Assembly (NCBI RefSeq): GCF_004010195.1
Contig: NC_057758.1
Location: 6,069,352 to 6,133,086 of the forward strand
Length of the DNA stretch: 63,735 nt
Direction: 5' to 3'
Source of the DNA: Chiloscyllium plagiosum
Taxonomy: Eukaryota
Part shown: positions 52,079-63,735 of the stretch, piece after piece
Layout: each line of letters begins with the position of its first letter
Numbering within the stretch: position 1 is the stretch's first letter
Notes under the pieces: model-generated
What the model saw: only the letters and a program-made list of their open reading frames with translations
What the model was told of the DNA's origin: nothing
The model's database searches: none
Position numbers and translations under genes: made by a program

Positions 52079-52739
52079 GTTAACTTGAATGGGTCCTTAA
52101 TATAGGGGATGGAATCAGTAAGGCATTCTCCTTTCTTATGAAGGCATCGAGTGAGCGCCCCAAAAACACGATGCTGGCTAACTCCAATTTATGTGGCCTG
52201 CACAGCTTGATTCCGGGGCCACCCTTAATGACGATGTTTCCCTGATCCCACTCTTCCTTGTTGGGTTCCTCTTTCCAATACACATTTTCTATTTCCGGGA
52301 CTGAGACAAGAATTCTTAGAAGCCACCGTTGCATTGCAATATGCAACTTTGAAAGACGAAGAATATACCCGTGTCAGGATGTCTCTAAATTTGGCAGGTA
52401 TGGACAAGCCAGTTATTGAAGGCGCAGGCTTCCTCAATGGGTCAGGAGCCTCATTAATCATGTTTTGAACCTCAGAAGGGATCAAGGCTTCAGGTCAGCT
52501 CTATCATCGACCAGGATCCGGGCACACATGTGGCAAGGTAAGTGAAATTAAAAGTTTCATTCGCATCAGTGGTGGCGGTGAGCTTCCCATATGCTATATC
52601 CAGGGGACGCATTTAAATCTGGAGGCTATTCTGCCTCATAATGGGGTGGGTAGAATCAGGTGAGGATATTGGCATGCCAGTAGTCTGCACTAATTCCCGG
52701 CACTGCGAAGTTTGATTCAACTTGGGGTGGTAGTGGTGT

Positions 52740-52763
52740 GGGGGGGGGGGGGGGGGGGGGGGG
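52740..52763 (+). repeat. Poly-G run (24 nt)
   Basis: Seen directly; poly-Pro on the gag strand. Confidence 0.9.
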
Positions 52764-53309
52764 ACTGTTGATGCTGGCCGCAGCCAGGAGGATATTCTGC
52801 TAAATTGTGTCCTGCTGATATTCATTCTGAGGATACAGCCCCATCGATGGAAATGAAGGTGGCTTTTGAATTGCACTAGAATCATTGCTTGTTTTACATT
52901 TGCGAGGTTGATGACGTTCAGCAACGTGTAAACATTTAATGAAACAATACATCTTATAACATTTGTCCCAGTTGGATCGACAACACCTTCCTGGTAATTT
53001 CTTGCAATTCCTAATTTTATTTAAGCCAAACGATTCTTCATAGAGCCAACGGTCCTTGGACTATCTGGAAAGATCATGACAAAAGGGAATGACGCACCCA
53101 CAATCTCTTGTTTCACGGAGGGCAGTAACAACAGTGACCCAGTGGAACGATGAGGACCACGACCTGTTACCGTAATATTACCAACTTATGTTGAAATTTA
53201 TTTTTCTCAGTGATTTTGCCTCAACGTTTCAGCTGTCTTGGTAAAACTGGATAAGATACACATTCTATAATTCAACAAAAGAAATCACACAACCTAAGTC
53301 GATGTATCA

Positions 53310-56300
53310 AGCAATATTTTTCCACGAAAGCTGCAAGTCTGAGAGGCAGGGTAGCTTTTCAGATTTGTCAAGTAACCCATCATAGGAAAGTATGTCAAGT
53401 CCTTACGACTTGCAAAATGGGGCACTGGCATTAGTATTGGAACAGAAGGGATCTGTACCGACACCTAAACCGGATTGGTGCCAGTGTTCCAGTGGAAAAG
53501 GTAACTCGGGTGATCAGGGCAGGGAAAAACTCCAAATGGAAGCGAAACTGCAGTTTAAATCTGCGGTTGTGGAGTCAACTGCATTGAAAAGTATGAAAAA
53601 AAAGAGAAAATACGGGACAACTCAGGAGAGTTGATTAAATTTTACAGCACACATAATAGTGCAGAGTGTTTGGAATGGGTCAGAAACTATACTTTAAATA
53701 AATTTGATAAACGAATAACAATCAGAACAGGTACGATCAATACAGAACTAAAGGTGGGATTTACGAAATCATGCCATATACGAAATAAGGTAAATGAGTT
53801 TGAGGCGTGAATCAAAACTGGCAGGCATGTTGTCATGGGCGGTTACAGAGACGTGCTGAAAGGGAGTCGGGACAAGTGACAAATTATCTGTGGGTAACGA
53901 TCTACAAAAAAATCAGACAGGTGGGCACGGTAAACGAAGGTAAATCTATAACAGTATATGAAGTAAGGTCAGGTGATGTAGAATCTGTGTGCGTAAGGAT
54001 ACGGAAAAGATAAACAAAACTAGTCTGCTAGTAATCTACAGAGCTCCAAATCAGAGTCAGGATTTTGGGCATACGATAAACCAAGACATAGAAGGGTTGG
54101 GCAAGTAAGTCAAGATTACAGTAATAATGATTGAATTCAATGTTCAGATAGAGTGGCAAAATCAGATTGGTCGTGGATCGCATCAAAACTTAGTTGCGTA
54201 ACGTCTATGAGACGTTTTCGTTCAGCACCTTTTGGTGGATCTCATGCTGAAGAGGCAGTTTATTATTTACTGTTTCGCAGTGACATAGATTTGATAAGGG
54301 TGCTAAAGTTAAATAAATTCCTGGGTCAGTGACCATGACATGCTGGAACGTACAATGCAATCTTTAGGGAGAAGATGGATTCTGGGCTAACAGTATAACT
54401 GTCGAAAGAAGGCAAGTACAACTGCACGATGGTGGAGCTGACAATAATTGACTGGAAGATGACACCAGAAGAAATGACTTTGGAATAGCAATGACAGGTG
54501 CTTTCCGTGGAAATGAGAGAGAAACAGCAAAACTCCATCCGAGAAAAAAACAAGTAGGCTAAAGCGAGGATAATGCAAATATTTGACGAGGGAAGTCAGG
54601 GACAGCACACAAGCAACAGGGAACGCGAATGATTTGGCGACTGCCAGTGGCAAGACTTGGGATTGGACGGTGGAAAAAGACCAACACAGGACACCGAAGA
54701 AAGAAATAAAGGAGGAGACGATTAAATATGAGTGTAAGCTTGAGAGTAATATTAGGAAATATTGCAGGTGTCTCTTTGGATATGTGAAGGGCTAGAGGGA
54801 GGTAAAGGTTGTTAGTGGATCACAGGAAGATGATGGCGGATTAATTGGGAAAAAAATCAATTAAGGAAATGAATAAGCACATTTCATCATTCTGCACAGT
54901 GCAAGAGATATGTAATATCACAAAAATGCAAGAGGGTCGGTTGAGGTGTGCTGGGCAGAGAACATGGGAATGGTGACCAGCACCGTTGAAGAAGCTGCTA
55001 GCAAAATTGAAAAGTCTGAAAATTGGTTGATCGCGCAGGACGGATCCACTCGGCACGCAGCTCAGAATGAGAGACAGCGGAAGTTTTAGTTCCGAGCATT
55101 TGGTATCATTGGAGTCAGGGGGATGAGATGAGATTCTCTGCAGTGTGGAAACAGGCCCTTCGGCCCAATCAGTCTATACCGACCTTGCGAAGAGTAACTC
55201 AGTCAGACCCATTGCCCTCTGACTAATGTACCTAACACTATGGGCAATATACCATTAACTGTTCTCCTGAACTGCACATCTTTGGAGTGTGGGTGGGAAC
55301 CGGAGCTCTTGGAGGAAACCCACGCAGAGTCGAAGAGAAGGTGCAAACTCCACACAGTCGCCCAAGGCTGGAATCGAACCTGGGACCCTGGTGCGATGAG
55401 GTATCAGTGCTAAACACTGAGCCACCGAGCCACCCCAAGGGTCTCAGACCATTTGAAAATCTTCTTGTTTCAGAAGGGAGTAAGTAAAAGAATTGGGATT
55501 TTTTTAGTCGGTCAGCCAGACTCAGTTGTTGTTATGATTTTGGCGTCCATTATGAAGAGACAACTTTCTGGATACTTAAAAGTGCATGGTAAAATAGGGC
55601 AATGCACATCAAGGGGAGGTCATGACTGACAGATATATAAGAATTATTTGAGGAAGTAACAAATGGTGAGACCAAGGACAGGAAATGGATGCCATATACC
55701 TGGACTTCCAGAAGGCCTTTGTTATGATGTTGCACAGGAGGCTGCTCTGTATTACAGGCAAGGTGCGAACATAGATCGAAGATTGTTAGTCTGGCAGACG
55801 GTAGAGACTGTGAATAAAATAACCGTTCTCAGGAAGGAAGACACGACCAAGTTGTGTTCCACAAGTGTCAGTATTGGGACAACACGTTGTCTCTTTACAC
55901 ATTAATGATCTGGATGAATGAACTGAGAGGATTCTGGCGAAGTTTGCAGCTGATAGTGGATCTAAGAGCAGTTTATTTGAGGAGGCAGGGAGGCTACAAG
56001 AAGACGTGACAGGTTAATAGAGCAGGCGAAGAACTGGCACTTGAAATTCAATATGGGAAAGTGTTAGGTCATGCACTTTGGTAGGACGAATACACGCATG
56101 GTGTATTTTCTAAATGGGTAGAAAATTCTGAAATTGGAAGAAAAAAGGTCCTGTTATTTAAAATTTGAAAGTTTTGTCGAGTTAGGAAGGCAAACATTAT
56201 ACTTTCATTCATCTCGAGAGACGAGACTATAAAAACAGGAATGTACTCCTGAGGCTTTATAAGGTTTCAATCAACCCACGTTAGGACTGCAGTTAGCAAT

Positions 56301-56750
56301 TTGTGGGCCCATTTCTTAGAAAAGACATATTGGCCCGGGAGTGGATCAAGACGTCGTTCAATAGAGTAATCGCAGGAATGGAAGGCTTTACATGTGATGA
56401 ACATTTGAGGACTCTGGGACACATTGGATGGAGTTTAGAAGGATGAGGGGAGGCTCGGTCTGAAACTCACAGAATTCTGCACGGCCTTGACAAAGTGGAC
56501 GTTGGGAAGTTGGTTCCATTGGCTGGAGAGAAGAGGACACGAGGGCACATCGGTCGTGTAAAGGGAATATTATTTAAGTTGCAAATCAGGAGAAACATCT
56601 TCAGCCAAAGAGTGGGCAATCTGTGGAAATCATTGCCACGGAAGGCTGTGGGGGACACGGTACTGAGTATATTATTTATGTAGGGAAAGGCAATTTCTTG
56701 ATTGCCAAGGGGATGAAAGGTTAGGGGAGAAAGTGGAAAAATGGGGTTGC
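53310..56750 (+). mobile_element. Long decayed CR1 (ORF1 end, EN, RT)
   Basis: VESVCVRIR, IYLDFQKAF, INDLDE..KFAAD, IFSQRVGNLWKSLP. Confidence 0.88.
55122..55437 (-). mobile_element. HE1-type SINE
   Basis: Reverse complement of A-box (TGGCTCAGTG), B-box (GGTTCGATTCC), GTGTGGAGTTTGCAC core and GGGCCGAAGGGCCTGTTTCCACACTG tail. Confidence 0.92.
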
Positions 56751-56751
56751 A

Positions 56752-57420
56752 CAACTGTGGCAAAGTTTAGAGAACGGTTAAATTGGACGGGAGCGTTTAC
56801 TAGTCAACATTTAAAAAATCACATTCTATGAGGAAACAGGAAGCCTCTTGATTAGAGAAGTTTATCTCCAGGTAAAATGACCACCAGCAAGTGGAAGCCC
56901 GTAAACGTGAATTAGCTGGATACCAAGAGTCGAAGCTCATTGTACCGTTGAGTTTGAAATGCAAGATATTCTGCAGTATAGAAACTGAATGTGAAGACAT
57001 CTTGAGGCTTTAATCAGAAAAACGAGCAATGTATGTTTCAGCCACAGACAGCTGGGAGCAAGAGTTTCCCTGGCGGTACACAGGGATTCAGTAGTTGACT
57101 GAAGAAGGGATATCCACAGCTGAGACGATTAGTAGGTTGCATTCAAGTATGACCTCTACGTAGATTAAAGGGATTAAGGGGAACATCTGGAGAGAGTAGG
57201 AGCACTGAAGTTCAAAAGTGGACATATGGGTAGAAATGCAGGACATGTGCGCGTTGTGAACATCTCCTTTGTGTTTTTCGTGGAGAATGCCATTAAGACT
57301 TGGGAACTTGGGAAGTTAGTTGTGATATTTTGAACAGTTCATATTACAGTAGAGCGGATGTTAGATGTCTGAGAATGCATAGAGGTTTGACCATATATAT
57401 TCAAGAACACAGTAAGAGGC
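56752..57420 (+). mobile_element. Possible LTR fragment
   Basis: Non-coding block between CR1s with LTR-like composition; termini not resolved. Confidence 0.25.
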
Positions 57421-57439
57421 GACAGATAGAATCACAGAG

Positions 57440-58900
57440 CCCCTGGCCGGCATAATCCCCTCATCTTTAGACACTGGTGAGGTTCCAGGAAAAAAGTAAG
57501 TATAGCGATATTGTGATCGTATTCAAGACAGACAACATGAAAAAAAAGTAATGGGAATGATAGACTTGTACGCCTAATATTTGTGATAAGTAAGATATTT
57601 GAGAAGAATATAAGAGATAAGTCGTACATGCATTTGGTAAAATAAGGTTTGATTAGGAATGGTTAGCATGGTTTTAAGCGTGGGAGATCAGGCCCACAAA
57701 TTTGATCGAGCTTTTTAATGAAGTAATAGGAAGCTGGACGAGGGCAGGTTGGTACACGGAACCGGTAGGGATTTTGATAATGTTGCACATTCTCGGTTGA
57801 TCTGGAATGTGAGATCATATGGAATGGAGGCGGAGATGATAAATTGGATACACAATTGACTTTACCGCAGTAAACTCAGGTTAATGGTGAAGGGATACTT
57901 TTCAAACTGGAGGCCTGTGACGAGTGGAGTGCCTCAGAGTATGCCTCGTTGCTGGTCCCATTATTGTTTGCTATTCACATGAATTGGAAGAAAAACGTAC
58001 AAGGCGTAAAAAGAAAATTTGCAGATCTCACGAAATAAGTGTCACAGTGGAACTTAAGGAAGGTTATCAGAAATTGCACTAGGACACTGATCAGCTGAAA
58101 CAGTAAGCCAAGAAAAGTCAAATGGAGTTTAGTGAAGAAAAGTGGAAGATTTTGAATTTTGGAAATTCTATTCAAGGTAGCTGTCATATAGTGAATAGTG
58201 TGTAGTAGGCCTTAAGGAGTGGAGGCGAACAGAAAGAATGTTTTGTTCAGATTCTCTGTAAGCAGACTCACAGGTATACAGGACATTGAAGAAGTCTTTC
58301 GGTACACTGGCATTCGTCAGTCAGGGCATTCAGAATAGAGGTTGGAAGATTATGTTGCAGTTGTACAGGACGTTGGTGAGGCAGCGTTTGGAGTATTGTA
58401 TTGAATTTCGGTCATCTTGTAATCGGAGGAATATTATTTAACTGGAAAGAACGCTGAAAAAAAAAGTGGCTTGTTGCGAGGACTCAGGATGGACAAAGTT
58501 GGATTTTTCTTTCGAGCGTAGGAGACTGAGGGGGGATCTTATGGAAGTTTGTGAGACCATGAAGAATGGATAGTTTGAGTTGCACACATTTTGTTTCGCA
58601 GGGTTCCTGAATTGAGCGTGGGAAGTCATCAGTTCAATGTTTGAGGAGAAAGAAAGGAAGAGGAACTGAAGGAGAACTTCTTTACTTAGAATGTGGTACG
58701 GATATGGAATGAGCTACCAGACGACGTTGCTGTGGCGAGTACGTTCAGAACATTTAAAAGCCGTTTGGGCAAATGCATGAACAGGAGTATTAAGGAGGAT
58801 ATGGGCTATTTGCTGGGGAATGGTGCAAGCGTGGATAGACTTTCTGGTCTGCATGAAACTGTTTGCTTGAAAGTGCCTGCCTCCTCGCCGGGGGTCTCTT
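57440..58900 (+). mobile_element. CR1 RT fragment
   Basis: HGF..GRS..TNLIE, WRPVTSGVPQ, LYRTLVR..LEYC, RIWNELP. Confidence 0.88.
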
Positions 58901-59994
58901 TGAATCTCGGACCCTAGAAATCAAAATAAAATCCACAATTTTGCTCACAGAGATCAAGTGTTAGCGTTACCTTCAGTAAATGTGTTTCGACGCTGCTGCT
59001 TCAACAAAACAAAACAGCGAGTAAGAGATTTGCCTCACTCATACAGGGTATTTGGTGCATAAGAGGAGGTGAACAAACCCATCTTAACTGCATCTGAGCT
59101 TGTGCCAGCGTTTCATGACGCTAACGAGGCAAACGACATTGAGCTGGAAAGGATCAAATAAAGTAATTTTATTTCAGTGAAAAAAACTAAGAGGGAGTTT
59201 TATGTTGGAGGAGAGTATGGAGTACTCATGTGGAAGGCACAGCTTTAAAACGGCAAGATTCACAGCCGAAATGATCGATAATTATGAATTGGTTCAGAAG
59301 TCAAAGTTTGGTTCTGACATCAATTTCAGTCCATGAGGGACAGACATTAGGAAAAGAGAAAATCTGGCGTGGCAAGGAAAGTTTGGAACTCGTTGAGCAT
59401 AATCAGGATGAAGGAATAGCTTCAAACTGAAAGAGAAGTTGGAAAGTTCCCGTATTTTCACTGCACTGAAGTAGGACACGTTAATAACAATCTTGATGAG
59501 TACGAAAAAGCATGGGAAGCCAGAAGTAGGAAACATATTAAGCCAGTGAATTTTGTCGAAGCGATAAAGTAAGGCAAAGTGGAGGCTAAACGCCTACACC
59601 AGAATGTTCAAGACAGTCGGAGGTTGAATTAGAAGGAAATGTCAGACCTTTACAAACTACATACCTGCCAAGTTAAAACTTACTCGCATAGTAGCAGCAG
59701 GTAAAGATGTTACAATAGGAAGGTATACAGGATCCTCACAATCTTTGATGTTCAAAAATGAGAACATACTACCTATGAAGACTAGTTATCGGAGTATATG
59801 AGAGTCATTGGAACTCAGTGTGAGAGAAGAAGTGTTCAATTTAAAAAAATTGAGGAAAAAGTGTCAAGTGAAGTGTGGAGAAGTCGTGGTAGGAAACGGG
59901 GCAAATTCTCAGTTCCAGGAACACAATCTGTTATAGCTACTCATATAGCTAGTTCGGAGTTAGGAATGCTGGCTACTCTAGTTGAATAGACAGT

Positions 59995-60990
59995 TGTTTA
60001 CTTCAGGAGAAACCCAGGACTGCAAATGCTGAAAACCTGACTCGAAAAGTGTGGCGCTGGAAAAGTACAGCAGATCAGGCAGCATTCGAGTAACAGGAGA
60101 ATCCACTTTCGGGTAGAAGCCGTTCATTCGGAATGTGGAGGGTGTGGACGGGGCAAGGTATCCTTGCTGTGATTGGAGCAATGGAGTTCAAAGGTGGAGG
60201 TGCAGCAAGTGAAGGAGATGCGCTGGAGAGCATTATTAAACGTGTCAGAGAGAAAATTGTGGTATTCGGGATACGAGAAAGTCTGGGATACGTTGGAGTG
60301 GAATTGCTCCCTGTGGGAGCAGATGCGGTGGAGACAGAGGAATCAGAGTAAGGGACAGTGATATTACAGAAGGGAGGAGGGTTTACTCCACGTAGCTGTG
60401 GGTATTCGCAGGTTTGAATTAGATGCCCGTGTTGGGTCAGTTGCCGGATTGATTACAGAGAATTTCAGGTGGGGGAGGGCTGTATCCGAGCTGGTTCAAA
60501 TGAACTTGAGTTAAAGGAGAAAAATGATCGTAAAGTTGATGTACTGGTCAACCTCCTCGTGGGAGAACGAGATGGCGCTGATACACTCATCAATGTAAGG
60601 GAGGAAAAGATGTGGAATCATGCCAGTGTTACTGCTGAAGATGGACTGATCTACATATCCGACGTAGAGGTAGCTGTACGTAGGGCCATGGCTACCCATT
60701 TGGCCTGATGGAAGTGGGAGAATTCGGATGAGAAATTGTTGAAGGTGCGGACCAGTTTAGCCAATCGAATGAATGTATCATGGTAGTATTGGGGTACTGG
60801 TTGGGTTAGCGGCAGGGATGGAAACGGAGGGCTTGCAGGTCTTCACCATGATGGATAGAGGTCTACAGGGACTGGATGCCCATTGTAAAGATGAGGTGTT
60901 TTGGGCCGATGAAACAAAATCCACGGAGGAGCTGGAGTTTGTGGGTGGTATCCCAATCGTGTGTGGGGTGTTCCTGGACCAAGGGAGAGC
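59995..60990 (-). mobile_element. Penelope RT fragment with terminal repeat, nested in the Gypsy element
   Basis: GPTYSYLYVGYVDQSIF...FLPYIDEC (60699-60511); degenerate hammerhead at 60097-60135. Confidence 0.88.
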
Positions 60991-62554
60991 GGATGTTGAG
61001 CTATTACTGCAAGCATATCCCAGGAGTTTTGCTCACTGTGTGGTAACAACAAATTACAAGTTGAAAAAGGAGAGAGCACAGAGATCAGATAAGGACCTAC
61101 AAATGGATTTTGCAGAGACCCTGTTTGATTCGATGGTTGATAGAAAACAGGAGTAAATGGGTGATAAAGGAGAGATCTTCAGCTCAGGAAAATTAACCGA
61201 GTTACAGCTGAAAGGTGCGAAACGGAAGGAATTGATCAAAAAGCATAATCAAAAGAAGACTCTAGATGCATCTCCGTGTGTTGCATTCTAAAAAGTGGTA
61301 TCTTAATAATAAATTGAAGGCCACCACATATTCAGTCAGATATGGATGGTCTGAAGTATATCAAGCCAAAGAGCTGAAGAAAGGAGGTGTTGCGGGTAAC
61401 ACGTGAATTACTGCGAGGTTATTTAGGAGCAAGAAAAATTCAAACTGAAATATAAAAACCTTTTTAACTGGCTTGTACCTTCCAAGAATGTAATTGAATT
61501 TTGTCAGTCATGTTATACCTGTCAAGTAATTGGAAAACCGCGGGTAGTAGTAAAATTCGCAACTTTATAGCAATTTCTGCGTTTGAGGGACCTCTGACAA
61601 GAGTCTTAATTGATTTTGTAGGATCGCCTACGTAGAACAAAAAGTGGGAATCAATGTGTGTGAGCATAAGTGGATGTGTCCACGAGACTTGTACACGCAC
61701 TTCTTTGTGCAATATCCCATCTCAACTGATCCCACAGAGACCAAGGGTCACACTTTCAACCAAAATTAAGCAATGATATTACGGACAGTTCAGGAATAAA
61801 GCACTTCAAATACAGTGCGCCCCATACAAAGTTGCATAGAGGGCTGGAAACATGGTGTCAGACATTAAAGACTATGTTCAGAGCTAACATTCAAGACGAA
61901 TCAAATGATTGTGATGAAGTAATTCCATTTGTAGTTTTGTGAACAGAGATGCATGAAATGAATTGAACACATTCTGTCCACTTGAAATCGTTTTCCATTA
62001 TGAAGTGAGAGGAAAAATAAAATTGATTCAGGTGAAATTCGGAGACATAATTCAAATACCATATTTTTGGGCTATGTGTCAAATTTTGGGGCACACTTGA
62101 ATAGAGCAGTGGAGATGGCTACACAGCATTTAAAACTTTCACAGCATACAATGCAGGAAGCAGACGCGAAATCGAAAACACTGAAATTTTTCAACTGGAG
62201 ACCAATTGTTAGTGGCACTTCCAGTGGCAGGTGAACCTTTAAATCCAAGGATTACGAGACCTTATCAAATCGAAAGGAGATTGTGAGCTGAACAAGTTGA
62301 TAAGAACTCCACAGAGAAATAAAGATCACAGAGTGTGTCGTGTGAATAAGCACAATATTATTTTCAAAGGATGGGAAAACTCGGGGAGAATGTGTTATTG
62401 ATTGCAAAACAGAAGGAAGAACCAAGTTCAGAACATTCTGAATTGGACTCTCCCCAAGTTAGGTTACTGAATGGGGAAGATGTCAAAACGTGGGATAATT
62501 TTTTGAGTTACTTTCTCGTGGAAAACCCGAAAGACCTCATACACTTAAAGCGAT

Positions 62555-63255
62555 CGTTATGAAGATGTGGGTTTGCTATATCTTTAAGAGAGTTCAAAGA
62601 CAGCAGAACTACCTGACAACACCAAATGCCCTGAACAAGATATAATGTAAAATGTGGTTCAGTAACTGGGTAGCTGGTTGCCTGGAAACGACCACATAGA
62701 TTTGAATTAGGTCAATCATTTTAAATTATACACCCCACGCAAAAAAATTGAAACTCCAACTAAATCTGAATTTAGTATATTGGCAATCTTAAAAGCCAGT
62801 GACACAATCAGATGGTTTGGAGGTGTAAGACCGGGCAAAATTGAACAGTTGGGAGGAGAACTGTCACGCCATCAGCATCTGCAGGCAGCCCGGATAATCG
62901 CTAATTTAAAGGTGCCTTTGTTGAAAATTGACCTGTGAGACAGAAATCCCGAAGAAGAAAAGAAGATCGATGCAGAAATCTGGCTAGTTTTGAAAACTTG
63001 AACAGTTGGTAAATCTTAATCGTGGGGGTTTAACAAGATTAGAAATGTAGAAGGGCAAGGTAAAAGATAGGTTAGAGGGGTGAGTTGTGAACAGTTGTTA
63101 GGTAAGTATTCTCTGTTAAACCACAAGGAATAAAGATGTGAATTCTTACTTTAAATAGTTGTTGAACTCTGTAATTTTCACAGATTAGTGCAAGAGTTAA
63201 ACCTTCTCCATATTGCTGGTTTAAATTGAGCAGGAGGCTTACCCTGTGTGTGTTA
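62555..63255 (+). mobile_element. Solo LTR inserted between INT and RT
   Basis: ~700-bp non-coding block interrupting pol; AATAAA at 63129; GTTA at both junctions. Confidence 0.55.
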
Positions 63256-63735
63256 CTGTTACAAAGCGAGACAGTTAGAACAAAGCTGGAAAATGTGACC
63301 TAATTATGCCTGATGTCGATATCAGAGATGCTGTTCCGATGCAGCAACATCCTTATCGGTATAACCCTCTAATGTTGGCAAAGTTTTAAGACGTTTGAAT
63401 GCACGCACCAAGACGACATAGTCAAAATGGGTTACTATGACTGGATCTCACTCATAGTAATGGTGTCAAATTCAGGTGCATATCAAACTTATGAATGAAC
63501 TATTTAAAAGTGAATGAAGTACCAAAGTTTAATTCAGATACGCTTACACATGTGGAAGACTATGTTGGACAGATCAAACAAGCAATTGATATTTCTGTTT
63601 GGATTTGCTCAGAGGATACTGGCAGGTACTGTTGTCCAAAATAACGAATATAGTATAGGCTTTCCTCAGACAGAATGGACTGTCTCAGTTTAAAGTCAAA
63701 CCATTTGTTATGAATAATGCACAGCCACATTTCGA

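Larger units (their letters stand above)
49481..53200 (-). mobile_element. gag: Class I (gamma/epsilon-like) ERV internal region, decayed gag only
   Basis: MA-like W(L)YEESFGLNKI (~53050-53015); Pro-rich tract; CA-like KP(W).PSEVQNMINEAPDPLRKPA..NNWL..CQI (52490-52390); MHR-like INWS (52192-52181); NC knuckle CGQNDHWARDC (50198-50166); no pol or env before the PPT. Confidence 0.7.
58900..63735 (+). mobile_element. Gmr1-like Gypsy LTR retrotransposon, decayed gag-PR-INT-RT (runs off the window)
   Basis: gag EMIDNYELVQKSKFG (59268); PR VTIGR(D>Y)TGSSQSL (59709-59750); INT FEGPLTRVLIDFVG and GIKHFKYSAPH...LETWCQTLKTM (61580-61880); RT QHPYRYNP, DWISLIVMV, LDLLRGYWQV, GLSQFKVKPF (63310-63735). 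Confidence 0.9.

Noticed and set aside
52740..52763. Poly-G as a functional G-quadruplex or late domain
   Set aside because: Likely slippage in a Pro-coding tract of a dead gag, or a sequencing artefact.

Overview
This is eukaryotic, repeat-dense DNA, most likely from a shark or other cartilaginous fish. That is inferred from HE1-type tRNA SINEs, abundant CR1 LINEs, Penelope elements and a shark-type GPR139-like fragment. There is no prokaryotic system, CRISPR array or intact protein-coding gene, and most ORFs in the track are repeat or microsatellite artefacts. A 500-N scaffold gap lies at 1777-2276. Most of the window is a nested pile of decayed CR1 LINEs, Penelope retroelements (three families with hammerhead-ribozyme termini), Gmr1-like Gypsy elements (SCAN-type gag; PR-INT-RT order), solo LTRs and a gag-only ERV-like provirus. 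Between the repeats, all on the minus strand, are remnants that look like a dead cluster of at least three Ig-superfamily receptor genes (leader, split V exons, one C1-like exon, TM segments, Tyr-motif tail exons), plus a clear GPR139-like GPCR pseudogene fragment. All calls come from manual translation and motif recognition. Repeat boundaries are approximate.
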